A DNA stretch of 64,000 nt from positions 162,006,001-162,070,000 of the forward strand of contig OZ024740.1 of assembly GCA_964016885.1 (NCBI GenBank). The letters run 5' to 3'. The stretch comes from Eledone cirrhosa. Its lineage: Eukaryota. A model generated the notes under the pieces. The model made no database searches, was not told the origin of the DNA, and worked only from the letters and a program-made list of their open reading frames with translations. This document shows positions 10,490 through 22,358 of the stretch, piece by piece (positions within the stretch are counted from its first letter, which is position 1; the number at the start of each line of letters is the position of its first letter). The position numbers and the translations under genes were made by a program.

Positions 10490-12956
10490 TTAGGTAAGGC
10501 GGGTCTTCTCTATTACTGAGTACCGCCAAAGGTCTCGGTCCAGTGACATTGTCTTGGAGAGGTGTAAGTGTGTGAGGTCGGAATTTATCAGCTCGTCCCA
10601 GGTTTTTCTGGGTCTGCCTATTTCGTGGCTACCGTCTATCTTTATTGCCCTGCACTTTGTTATACAGCTATCGACTTTCATGCGCATCACGTGTCCATAC
10701 CAACGTAGCCTTCTCTCGAGTAAACAACATCTGATCCCTCTTATTTCTAATTATTTCCTTAGTTCGTTTATGCTTTGCCGTTCACGTATATTACTATTAC
10801 ACATCCAGCGGAGCATGCAAGCTTCGTTCCTCTCTAGTCTGCGTATATCCTCTGCACACAATGCCCAGGTCTCACTGCCATGCAACATTGCTGTTCGTAT
10901 GCAGGCATCGTACAACCTGCCTTTCATTTTTAGGGAGAACCCATTAGCGGCTGATAGTGGTATAAGCTCTCTGAACTTTTTCCATCCAGTTCTGACTCTA
11001 GCTACAGTACTTTCAGAGCACCCTCCCCCACTGCTGATTTTGTAACCCAGGTAACGGAAGCTGTCCACTATTTCTATAGAACCCTCTGCGCAGTTGAAAG
11101 AGCTAGTATTTTGTGGGCACTTGCTTGCTACTTATTGCACCAGAGCACCGGCCACATGTAAAATCTATGTTCTTAGTTAGCTTACCTGTGATCCCACTAC
11201 ATCTTTTATGCACCCATACTTTGCATTTGGGACACAAAATGGAGTTTCTACCTACTCCTTTCCTACACACTGAGCATGGCCACATCCCGGAAGGGACCGC
11301 CGCCTTATTTTCTTTCTTACAAACTAGAACTTTAGTCTTAGCCAGGTTAATTTTAAGGCCTTTTGATTCTAGGCCGTGCTTCCATGTTTGGAATTTCTTC
11401 TCTAGCTCGGCCATTGATTCAGCTATGAGTGTTAGGTCATCTGCGTATAGGAGTTCCCATGGGCAGCCGGTCTTGAACTCCTCTGTTATAACCTGAAGGG
11501 CAATAATAAATAGTAGGGGGCTGAGAACAGAACCCTGATGGACGCCAACTTTTACGCTAAACTCTTCACTATATTCGTTGTTAATTCTAACCTTGCTGAC
11601 TGTTTCTTTATACATGGCTTGTATAGCTCTCACAAGCCATTCGTCAACACCTAGTTTTCTAAGAGCCCACCAGATAATGGAACGGGGGACTCTGTCGAAG
11701 GCTTTCTCCAAGTCGACAAAAGCTAAGTATAGGGGTTTACTTTTAGTTAGGTACTTCTCCTGTAGTTGTCGTACAATGAAAAGAGCGTCTGTGGTACTTT
11801 TGCCTGACACAAACCCGAACTGCATTTCATCTAGATCAATTCTCTCTCTGATTAGTTGCGCTATTACTTTTTCCGTGACCTTCATGACCTGGTCGATTAA
11901 TTTAATGCCTCTATAGTTACTCCTATCTAGGGCATCTCCTTTACCCTTATAACAGTTAACGATGATGCTGCTACGCCAGTCCTTCGGAACAACCCCATTC
12001 TGTACGACTTGGTTAACTATCCGGGTGACCATGGTGTGTCCCACCGTACCAGATGCCTTCAGCATCTTGGCAACTATTTCCGAAGGCCCAGCCGCCTTAC
12101 CCGTCTTCATGTCTTCGATTGCCTTACTTATTATACTACCCTCGACTAACACTGCTGGTTCCTCTATTGGGTCGATGTTGGGGAGACTGTCTTTCTCCCA
12201 TTTATTCTCCTCATTTAGTAGCCTTTCGTAGTGACACTTCCAAGCTACCTTCTTATCAGCGTCGGTGATGGCAAGTACGCCGTCATCATTAAGTACACAC
12301 TTCTCCCCGACAATATCACGGTTTTCCTTGACACATTGCCTAGCAATCCTGAACACCTCACGTTTTTGGTCCTCGCGTTGTAGAACATGCTTGAACTTTC
12401 TTTCCTCTGCTTCCCTTCTTGCGAAGTACACTTGTCTCCTAGCTTCCCTCCTGGCCACTTGATAGTCTTCTCTACTTCCCCCATCCCGCCATACTTTCCA
12501 AGCCTGCTTTTTGGCCTTAATTGACCCCTCCACCTTACTGTTCCACCACCATGTTACTCTCCTCCTGCCTACAGGCCTGCTCCAGCCACAGACTTCGTCT
12601 GCCGCCATCAGCAGGTTTGCTTTCAGGAATTCCCACTGCTCCTCTATATTGTACGACTCTAATTGTTCTTCCTTACTGTCGAAAGCATCAAGTAGTATGC
12701 TTTTAAATTTATTTCTGGCTGTGGGGTCCTTTAGCTTCCATATTTTTCTCCTGAGGATAGTCCTCTTCTGTTGTCTAGTACGTCTCGTCCTGACTATTAG
12801 GTCGCTAATTATCAGTTTATGTTGGGAGGTGCATTCTTCATGGGGGAGGCATTTAGTGTTTACAACAGACACTCTGTCACGTCTTCTGGTAAGGATATAA
12901 TCTACCTGGCTTGTGTGTTCCCCCGATCTATAGGTGATCAGGTGATTGTCACGTTT
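10490..12956 (-). pseudogene. RTE ORF (AP endonuclease C-terminus + reverse transcriptase + PHD-type finger), disrupted
   Basis: Motifs TYRSG..SQVDY, SQHKL, YRGIKL, QFGF, AFVDLEKAFDRV, GVHQGSVLSPLLF, YADD, SFRYLG, MLHGSETW, RRLRWYGHV, GRPRKTW. Frameshift near 11105 and in-frame TAA at 10751-10753. Confidence 0.95.
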
Positions 12957-13095
12957 ATATATATATATATATGTAAGCAAAGATATTTAATTTGTTGGTT
13001 ATTCAACAAATTTATTTATAACAGATTCGAAGCACTCTACAGTATTTCTTCTGAACGTTTTTGGATATGTCAATATTTATAAAACAATTGTTGTC

Positions 13096-13152
13096 TTTTA
13101 TCTGATGAGAGCATACCAAAATTTTGGTACCCTTGAAATATATATAATAAAA
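13096..13152 (+). ncRNA. Minimal type I hammerhead ribozyme (Penelope/retrozyme-type), slightly decayed
   Basis: Stem I ttttat/ataaaa; CTGATGA (13102-13108); stem II gagcataccaaaa/ttttggtaccctt; GAAA (13135-13138); palindromic tatata stem III; AUA triplet ending at 13146. Confidence 0.62.
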
Positions 13153-14119
13153 TAAATATGGTTTTATAAAGATAGTTTCCATGTATTAATATCATTTGGT
13201 ATATAATTGTTATATCTCCCACCTTTTCTCTGCTCTTCTTCCATGCACCAACACACAACATCTCTTTCCCCTCACTCACTCAGAGAGAAGAAGAACAAGC
13301 CCCCGGCACACCAAAACAACTAAATTGCACACTTCCTCACATCAATTTAAAGTTATCCAACCCTCCTATTACCACAGTATTATAAGTTTAAATAACTTTC
13401 AAAATTATTTATGATTGCCATCAAAACTCAGACAAATTTCACTAACTGGAGGAAGAATCAGTGACAGATAGATGTTAACTTCTACAGCAAAGTTGATAAA
13501 AATATTTTTAGCAAGTAATAGTAATACAATTCTACACACACCAACATATACAATAGCCAAAGCTGAAGCAGACCAGCAATCAAATTTGGAAATTGGAGAA
13601 GTCAGTTTATAAAAATAGTGATATTTTGTTAACATCTTACAAGAATGTTTAGATAACAGCTTATGAGAAGTCTCATCTTTTTTTTTTTACTAATCCACCC
13701 AACCCATACGGCAATGCCGACCTCAGCACTTGCGTACATAACAGCATCACATCAAGTCACACAGATTTGTGTTGTGTGCATCTAGGTTGGTTGCAATTTC
13801 TGTAATTTTAGAGAAATAATATTCATTTATCAACACACAAACATATATATATATATATTTATTTATTTATTTATATGATGTGTATGTGTTTCTAAATAAA
13901 TGAATATGTATGTATGTATGTGTGTATATATATGTGTGTGTATATATATATATATATGCATGTATATATATATATATATATACACATTATATATACACAG
14001 TATATATATATATATATACCACATATATAAATATAAATACAGGGTCATGAAGCTAGTCGAAAGAAAACGGTATAGCTTTGGCCATTTCCTAATTCACCCA
14101 ATGGTATAACCAGGTTAGT

Positions 14120-14460
14120 AGGGTCACATGGCTTAGTGGTTAGAGCATTGGCCTTGCAATCGAAAGGTTGTGAGTTCAATTCTCAGACCGGGTGATGTGT
14201 TGTTTCCGTGAGCAAGACACTTTATTTCACATTGCTCCAGTTTACTCAGCTGTAGAAATGAGATGATAGGGACTTGGGTCCATATCATTCCACTGCAAAG
14301 TGGTCGTGCAGGTGCCATGGCAAAAAAGCACCCACCACTCACTGTAAATGAGGTTGGTGTTAGGAAGGGCATCCAGCTGTAGAAATCAAGCCAGAATCAG
14401 TTCCCGCCCCACCCTTGCAAGCAAGGAAAAAGCGGACGTAAAATTAAATGAATGAAATGA
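14120..14460 (+). mobile_element. tRNA-derived SINE with CORE-like domain and RTE-related tail
   Basis: A box tggcttagtgg, B box gagttcaattc, CORE-like gagcaagacactttatttcacattgctccagtttactcagctgtagaaatgag; highly similar to copies at 18183 and 59378. Confidence 0.9.
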
Positions 14461-14802
14461 ATATATATATAATAATAAAACATAAATATATACACATATA
14501 ACTAGCTCTAAAGCAAAACTACTCTCTGATATCAATCAATATGAACAAATATCATCGCCATGGACTACAGTACACCCAAATCATGCAACTCAAATATATA
14601 TATATGTGTGTACATACATACATACACACACAAATATTAATTATTCATATTTACACATACACACACCTATGAAGGCGTCTGCAAGCAGGGGTGGCTTCAA
14701 TGAAAATAACAAACAGCAAACAATCAAAATATTCACCCATTTATGTACCACCATTCACCACTGGTAATGCAGTAATTGGACAAAGAAGGGTGATGAAATA
14801 AT

Positions 14803-14991
14803 TGTTTCTACTTCTGGCACAAGGCCAGCAATTTCCCAGTGCATTACTGGTACTTTATTTTATCGACCCCGGAAAGATGAAAGGCAAAGTTAACCTCGGC
14901 AGGATTTGAACTCAGAATGGCAAGGGCCGTAACTCTATGCATCATAGCATGGCGTCCGACCCTCTACTGATACTGCCAATCCAATGCCCTC
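14803..14991 (-). mobile_element. Full-length tRNA-derived SINE with Nin/Deu-like domain
   Basis: Minus strand has A box tggcagtatcag, B box gagttcaaatcc and gcctttcatc..ggggtcgataaaat; 12-bp TSD tgatgaaataat (14791-14802, 14992-15003). Confidence 0.92.
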
Positions 14992-16600
14992 TGATGAAAT
15001 AATAAATCTCAAACTTGGGCTATTCATTCCTGGTTGACCACAAACATCCTAGCTTGGAACTAAGCTATAAGAACTAAAAAAGATGGATTCAAAAGCAATG
15101 AAAGCAAGACATGAGGGTAAAGAAAATATATTTATTGATTCAGTTACAACCAAGTGAGCTTCTTTACTCATCTCCACCATGGATGGTAAAAATTGCTATA
15201 CAAACAACAATTTATGTTGCAAGGCCCTTCAAAAAATGAATAGGCTTTTCAGATTGTTTCATTTTTTTCAGTTGTTTGACTGAGAGAAAGTTAAGTTCTC
15301 TACTTCTTGAAAAAAATATAGTAACTGACACATCTATCTCCAGAAAGAAGGACAGAAGAATTTCAGCAAATAGATATAAACTTTAGAAAGGGAAGTCTTA
15401 GTATGTGAATTATGAGACAGAGGAGGGAAGACTGACTTATAAATCTAAACATTCCTGTTGAATCAGAACCAGGAATTTATGCCATTAAAAGTAAAAAAAA
15501 AAGGAACCCATCAAACTGTGGTGGAAATAAAACTGAAGCATAAACTAATATTCAGATGGCGCTTAAGAAAAACCTTCTTCCTCCATATTTATAACATGGT
15601 AATATAATAAATAAACCTAAGAGTGCTAGCCTGGCAGAATTGGTAGGGCATTGGATAAAATGCCTCTGTGATATTTGTTCTGATGCTACATTCTGAGTTC
15701 AAGTCCAACCAAGGTAAACTTTGCCTTTCATCCTTCCATGGTTGATAAAATAAAGTGGCTACCAATCAACTACTAGGGTTGATTTAATGAACTTTGCTCT
15801 TCCCCAAAATTTGCTAGCCTTGTACATAAGTTATAAATCAATAGAATAAATAAACCAGAGATCCCTCACAGCACACAAAATCTTCATAATGTATTGTCCA
15901 ACCCATGCCAGCATGACAGGGTAGGTGTAAAAACAACAACAAGGATGATGATAATCTAAAAATGGAGTATTCAGAGGGGAAAAATACATTAATTATAGTA
16001 AACTAAAACAATACAAATTATACTGTAGTTATCTAAAGAACCATTATTGCCATGGAAAACTTTGCATTTCATCCTTCTGAGATCGTTAAATAAATCACCT
16101 AATACTGGAGAGTCAATATAATCAACATTCCCCTCCCAACAAATTGATGACCTTGTGCCTAAATTCAAACACATTGTTATTACTATGTTGTCCTCAAATG
16201 CACACACACCCAATTTGAAGCCTTGCTCCAATATTAGAAATTATTATATGATTAATAATATTATGCTTGAACCTCAACCTTATATCATCAATGTTTACTG
16301 TCACATCAACCTAGTAAACATATCACAAACAACACTAGCACTAAATATATGAAGCATTTACAGAATGGAAAGGTAAGAGTGTCTTGTCTGGCTGTGAGTG
16401 GTGACAAAGAAATTGTATCTGTTATCAGTACTTTTTACACAGGTACAGAAAACAGATTTAAAGGCAAAGGATAACTATGAACAGCAACAACAAAAGAATG
16501 AATATATACATATGCACACACACATGTACATATGTATGTATGTGTGTGTGTATATATATCTGAATTATTGTTGGCATATTGCTTGCATTAATTTCTCTAT

Positions 16601-16641
<41 letters not shown>

Positions 16642-17159
16642 TAAGAAAGAAATCTAATCCAGCCATTAAACACCACAGTGTCAACATCAGTTCATCTATT
16701 GTTGGAAATATAAAAGATGTATCCTTTCTTTCTTCTTTTATTCAAGATCAAATCATAGAGATTAGTTCTAAAACATGCAAAATGTAGGCCACAAAAAGGT
16801 AATCATATGGATTACAAAAGAAAAAATAACAACACACTCACTCAGAGATAAAATGTGCTTTGAGCCTTGAACAAAACAAGAAATTGGACGAGACAGTCTT
16901 AATCCAGAGATATCTCAGAAATAATCATATCAGATCTTGGAAGTAATTCAAATATTTTATTGTCTGAGCAATTTAATCTCTAACTACTGACTCTGTCTCT
17001 TGCCGCCTCACTTCATTTTGAGCACAGTCCAAAAGCAGCAAGTAAGGGAAATTTATTTATTTATTATAAACATTTAGCACTAATTATTCTAAATTTGCTA
17101 CTTTTACCCCAAATCTATGAAATAATTTGGATTTCTTGGAGGAAAAAATGTGGCATAGA

Positions 17160-17760
17160 GTTACAACTGTTTATGTTCTGAGTTCAAATCCTGTCATGGT
17201 TAGCTTTGCCTTTCATCCTCATGGGGTTGATAAAATGAAGTACCATTAATGCACTGGGGTGATTAAATTGATTAACCCTCCCACCGAATTGTTGGCTTTG
17301 TGCCTAAATGATATCGGTAGAGGGTCGGACGCCATGCTTTCCAGCATAGTTACGTCCCTTTACGATCTGAGTTCAAATCCCGCCGAGGTTGACTTTGCCT
17401 TTCATCCTTACGGGTTCGATAAAATAAAGTACCAGTAATGCACTGGGTGATTGCTGGTCTTGTGCCTAAAGTAGAAACATTTATTATTAGTTATGCCCCT
17501 TTACATTCTGAGTTCAAATCCCACTGAGGTTAGCTTTGCCTTTCATCCTTATTGGGTCAATAAAATGAAGTACCAGTTATGCAATTGGGTCGATTTAATT
17601 GACTTTCCCTGCTCCCAAAATGTGTTGGCCTTGTGCCTAAATTATAAACCATTATTATTTGCCTTTCATCCTTACGGAGTCGATCAAATAAAGTACCTAT
17701 AATACACTAGGATAATTACTGGCCTTGTGCCAAAATTAGAAACAATTATTATTATTATTA
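17160..17760 (+). mobile_element. Cluster of four same-orientation Nin/Deu-SINE copies or fragments
   Basis: Repeated ctgagttcaaatcc...tttgcctttcatcc...ataaaat..agtacc...ggccttgtgcc blocks at about 17175, 17312, 17495 and 17658. Confidence 0.88.
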
Positions 17761-17895
17761 CTTTAATTTAGAAATTCAATATATGGGTAGGGTACCAAAT
17801 ATATATATAAGAAGAACAAAAAGATTACAGCAGCGTTCCTGGTTTGATCTGAAGATTTGTGAGAAGCACTAATTTCAGGGTAGAAACCAAGTTAT

Positions 17896-17896
17896 A

Positions 17897-17977
<81 letters not shown>
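17896..17977. repeat. (TA)n microsatellite
   Basis: Directly visible. Confidence 0.95.
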
Positions 17978-17979
<2 letters not shown>

Positions 17980-18180
17980 AAAAAGTATGACCCCGACGGC
18001 AGAGCTCAACCGTTTTGATGGCTATTTCTGGAGTCCAGAAATAGCTGTCGAAACAGCTTGAGCTCTGCCGTCGGGGTCATACTTTTTCCTATTACCCACT
18101 CTACTACCCTAAGTATTGAGTACTCTGGTGCGTTATGGTCCATCTGGTTCCTTACCACATTTCCTTTGTTATATATATAT
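17975..18180. mobile_element. Palindromic (fold-back) element between (TA)n runs, possibly Penelope-derived
   Basis: Near-perfect ~118-bp palindrome at 17975-18092 followed by a unique arm; related to 31540-31690 in the opposite orientation. Confidence 0.6.
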
Positions 18181-18182
18181 AT

Positions 18183-18520
18183 GGAGGCACTTGGCTTAGT
18201 GGTTAGAACATTGGGCTTGCAATCGAAAGGTTGTGAGTTCAATTCTCAGACCGGGTGATGTGTTATGTCCTTGAGCAAGACACTTTATTTCACATTGCTC
18301 CAGTTTACTCAGCTGTAGAAATGAGATGATATGGACTGAGGTCCATATCATTCCACTGCAAAGTGGTCGTGGAGGTGCCACAGCAAAAAAAAGCACCCAG
18401 CACTCACTGTAAATGAGGTTGGTGTTAGGAAGGGCATCCAGCTGTAAAAATCAAGCCAGAATCAGTTCCCGTCCCACCCTTGCTAGCAGGGAAAAGCGGG
18501 CGTAAAATGATGATGATGCT
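18183..18520 (+). mobile_element. tRNA-derived CORE-like SINE with RTE-related tail
   Basis: Same family as 14120; (GAT)n tail; flanked by (TA)n. Confidence 0.92.
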
Positions 18521-19342
18521 GATATATATATATATATATGCTATATTTGATGGCAAATCACCCACCCACCTCGTTCCATCAAGGTGTAATTAATGGGCAA
18601 AAATAACAGCCTACTAGGTACCTCATCATTTTTAACCATTTTCTTTTGGTCTAATGTGCCATCAAATATGGTACATATGATTTTATTATTTGTTGCTTCA
18701 TATGATAATTTCAGTGATGCACTATGTTTGTGGTAACACTTCCTCAAAGAACTTTTAACACAAATAAACTAGTCATATATTGTGCAACACTATAATGATT
18801 GTATGAAATGACTCAAATAAAGACATGTATATACCCAGCTGGAGTATTTATGCTTTTAATCATTCACATATCATGCATTGAGCTCTATTTATATACTGAT
18901 CCAATTGTTCTATGTACGAAGTTTCCCTGCAATATATATATATATAAATGAAAATAGAGAAATTAATATAAGCAAGAAGCCAATTCAGACATATAAGTGA
19001 CTATTACGTCAAGATGAAAAATATTTAACATAAGATATGGGAAAATAATTTAATCCCAATTTAAAACAAGTCAAGACCAGAAATTTTATCCACAGAATTT
19101 GTGTAATCTGGGGAAAAAACCAATAGAATCTTAACTGAAAATAAAATTAAGAGTAAATACTTATCCGTCAATTTGGAAAATATCTACAATTTGGAAAAAA
19201 TCTACAAAAAAGACTATTTCACAAAACTTTTCATTGGGGTTAGTCACGGTTGGGAATAGTTCGTCAAGTAGTGCTCAACACGTTAACTAAGATCCACAGC
19301 TAAAATATGCCAGAGAGGAATTTAAAAGCAGGCTAGTCAAAC

Positions 19343-19418
19343 CTCGTGTGGAATTGAATTAATAAACACACGTGGAGACAGGGTTAGTGACGTCAGAATG
19401 AGACGAATGTCTGTTTAC
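19343..19418. promoter_or_regulatory. Candidate promoter/enhancer: E-box + CRE + forkhead cluster
   Basis: CACGTG 19369-19374, TGACGTCA 19388-19395, TGTTTAC 19412-19418, ATAAACA 19362-19368, CTCGTG 19343-19348; locally CpG-richer non-repetitive DNA. Confidence 0.4.
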
Positions 19419-19505
19419 AAGAAACAGCAGTCAAAACATTCCGAAAAAAACTCAACAAAAGATATGGAGTTCAGCATAAAGCAATATTATCGCGGTTTTT
19501 TTTTT

Positions 19506-19927
19506 TACTGGCTTTATGAAACTTACCACTCATTTATTATATATATATATATATATAATAAATGAGTGGTAAGTTTCATAAAGCCAGTACAATGCGGTAG
19601 ATATATATATAAAGGGCAAAGGATGACAAATAGAATAAAACAAATAAATAAAAGATTGGAAATACATAAAGCAGACTGGCTACTATAACATCTCCATACA
19701 TCCATATTTAAGACACTTAGAGCAGTTAGGGAAGAACACATTGATCGTTCACTTTTGTTTTGAACCGTTTCATTTTACATTTGAAAAGACGGTAGAAGTC
19801 CTGAAATATCATGTTGACATATACTGGGTAAAACATTACTTTGTTTTGTTTTATTTGTCATCCTTTGCTCTTTATATACCACATTGTACTGGCTTTCTGA
19901 AATTTATCAGTCATTTATTACATATAT
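19506..19927. repeat. Nested inverted-repeat element (Penelope-like inverted terminal structure)
   Basis: Perfect palindrome at about 19506-19589 centred on (TA)n; 19555-19645 is also inversely repeated at 19840-19927. Confidence 0.7.
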
Positions 19928-21064
19928 TTGTATTAACTATACTACTATATATATATATACACAAAATTGGGAGTGCACAGGACAAAGACAATGGAAAAAA
20001 AAAAGATTGACAGTCCCATTTCCTTAGTCAACCTCTGGAAATCACTACAGATTTGTAAATTAAGGTTGATACAATTCATATATATATATATATAAACACC
20101 TACATACAAATTACCATGGCCCTTGATTTTTTATGATTGGTTTGTTTGTTATTAAAATTGAAGTACTGCATATAAATTATTATTATTATATTATGATTAT
20201 GCTAATCTATAATAATAAATGATCTGTTTGAGTGTTTGGAGTAGTTCAATAAAGAAGGAAAGAAGAAAATGTGACTGTAACAAGAATTAACTAAACATTT
20301 TCTTGATGCTGCAACAGATTTAGGATACAGAACATTAGTTTGCATGGGAATGTTATATGTGTAGATGATAGTGCAGCAGCAGCTAAATATTCCTATAAAA
20401 TGTAGATAGTTGTTAAGTTGAAGGAATTAAAAATGATGACAAAACAGAATTATTTGGGGAAATGGAAACTTAAGAAAATTTATTTGCCAACAAAAAAGAA
20501 ATTGAAGCTTGAAATAGCAAGAGCTGTAGTAGAAATCACTCAATTTTGTTTACACCCAGCAACGTGCAGAATACCCAATGGTATTGTTGGAGAATTGGAT
20601 CTCAATGATGAAAGCATTGTAAATCTTTTGATACCAACCTGGCCAAAACCAGCTGTGAAACAAAACCACACATATTTTAAAGGGTTCTTGTCTAAATTAA
20701 AATCTTGCAACATTAATTAATTCGAATAGATTGCATTTGATTAGAAATACAGCTGCAAAAGGGTTAAATATAAAATAGCAATGTACATACGATGTGGGTG
20801 GTAGCAAAGAAGAAACAAATAAAATTGAGATGGAACTGAAAGAATTCATTATCAAAGAACTTTGAAGATGGAGAGCACACGATAAAAATTGCTTGAGTGC
20901 TGACCATAATACATGCAGTATTTTATTATGACTCTTTACATATTGAGTTCAATCTTTGCCTTTTTCCTTCCAGGGCTGATTAAATAACATACTGGTCAAG
21001 TACTGAAGTCAATTAAATATTCTATAAAGTATCTAAGATATAAATATAATTACAATAAAATAAT

Positions 21065-21450
21065 TGTAGAAGTCCCTGGTGACTTTAATCCTTTTGTATG
21101 GGTGTGAAAGCTGGACTCTTACAATCAACATGGAATGAAGATTCCAAGCTTCAGAAGGGTGCTACACACAGAGCACATGTCAAACAACTTTGTCAGATAG
21201 GAAGATAACAAATATGCTGGCAGACTTGATGTACTCCTAATTTGACAACGTCAAGGACTGGACAGGTCACAAAATAATATAAGTGTTTCTACTTTTGGCA
21301 CAAGGCCAGCAATTATCCCAGTGCACTACTGGTGCTTTATTTTATCGACCCCGTAAAGATAGAGACTAGTGGCAACTGCTGACTGAGAAAAAGTTTAAAA
21401 TGGTACCCCAACTTCAGTTGTAGGAACTTGATGATGAGGATGATGATGAA
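21065..21450 (+). mobile_element. Old RTE LINE 3' relic interrupted by a SINE fragment
   Basis: KSLVTLILLYGCESWTLTINME*RFQASE (RTE C-terminal motif) and (GAT)n tail at about 21428-21450. Confidence 0.7.
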
Positions 21451-21871
21451 TGTAGAATAGAGAGAGAGTGTTATGCATGTTAAAAGACAAGTTGAAAATG
21501 CACTCATCTGATATCAGGTCATACACAGGAAAAATTGAAAGAAACATCTCTTTTCGCATAATTAAAAAAAAGAATTATTTTATTTTTATGTTAATCAAAG
21601 TCAATAAACTGGCAAAACATAAAACTGTGTTTAATTTATTTATCTTCTTTATTTATATCAATTTCCATACGTTCTGGGGTGTTTTTTTTTCCTGTAAGGT
21701 ATTTCAGAAATTAAAAAGTTTTTCCCAAAGTCTAGACATGTTCTGGCAATTGAGAGAAGGGGAGAGATGGAGAGATAGATAGATAGAGAGAGAGACTTTT
21801 TGGGAGAAAATTAAAAATCTAGTTTTTTCAAAGCTTTGAGATCATTCAGTGTCAATTTTAGAGAGGGGGTG

Positions 21872-21873
<2 letters not shown>

Positions 21874-21939
<66 letters not shown>
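21874..21939. repeat. (GA)n microsatellite
   Basis: Directly visible. Confidence 0.95.
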
Positions 21940-21946
<7 letters not shown>

Positions 21947-22358
21947 AATGGAGACATACACACACATACAAACACTGTTAGCCAAATGACTGCAATTCTC
22001 ATTTATTATTTTAGCCAATCAGAGTCCATTTCACATCTGGAACTGTGCAGCTGTTACACAGACATACCAGACCACATATAAAAATAAATGCCATCTGAAT
22101 GATATAACACACATACAACACTATATCCACAATGTATATTCACTCTACTGCTACCGGAAATCACAGGACAACTGTTCTTGTTGTAACACTCGTTAAGAAT
22201 TTTCTGTGAATTGTGCTAACATTATTTTCAGTTTTCCAAAATATTTTGTTCATGTTCACAGACAAACCTAGATACCTGAATCAACTCCTTGCTTGTTTGT
22301 TTGTATGATTTGAAATAATAGAAAGACTTGATATAGACAAGAAGCAACAACAACTGTT

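Larger units (their letters stand above)
9978..12956 (-). mobile_element. 5'-truncated RTE-clade LINE inserted in a (TA)n microsatellite
   Basis: APE C-terminus plus RT ORF, 3' UTR, (GAT)n tail ending near 9978, and (TA)n at both junctions (9870-9978, 12956-12972). Confidence 0.93.

Noticed and set aside
10554-12900. Plus-strand ORFs up to 163 aa (likewise 26981-27804, 36347-36952, 50069-50464)
   Set aside because: Antisense shadows of transposon coding sequence.
14125-14195. tRNA-like sequence (also 18185 and 59650)
   Set aside because: The acceptor stem does not close and it continues into a SINE body; a SINE head, not a tRNA gene.
16836-17045. Possible minus-strand exon ending in gtgagt
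   Set aside because: Stops in the frames examined and no recognisable protein; a UTR exon cannot be supported without RNA data.
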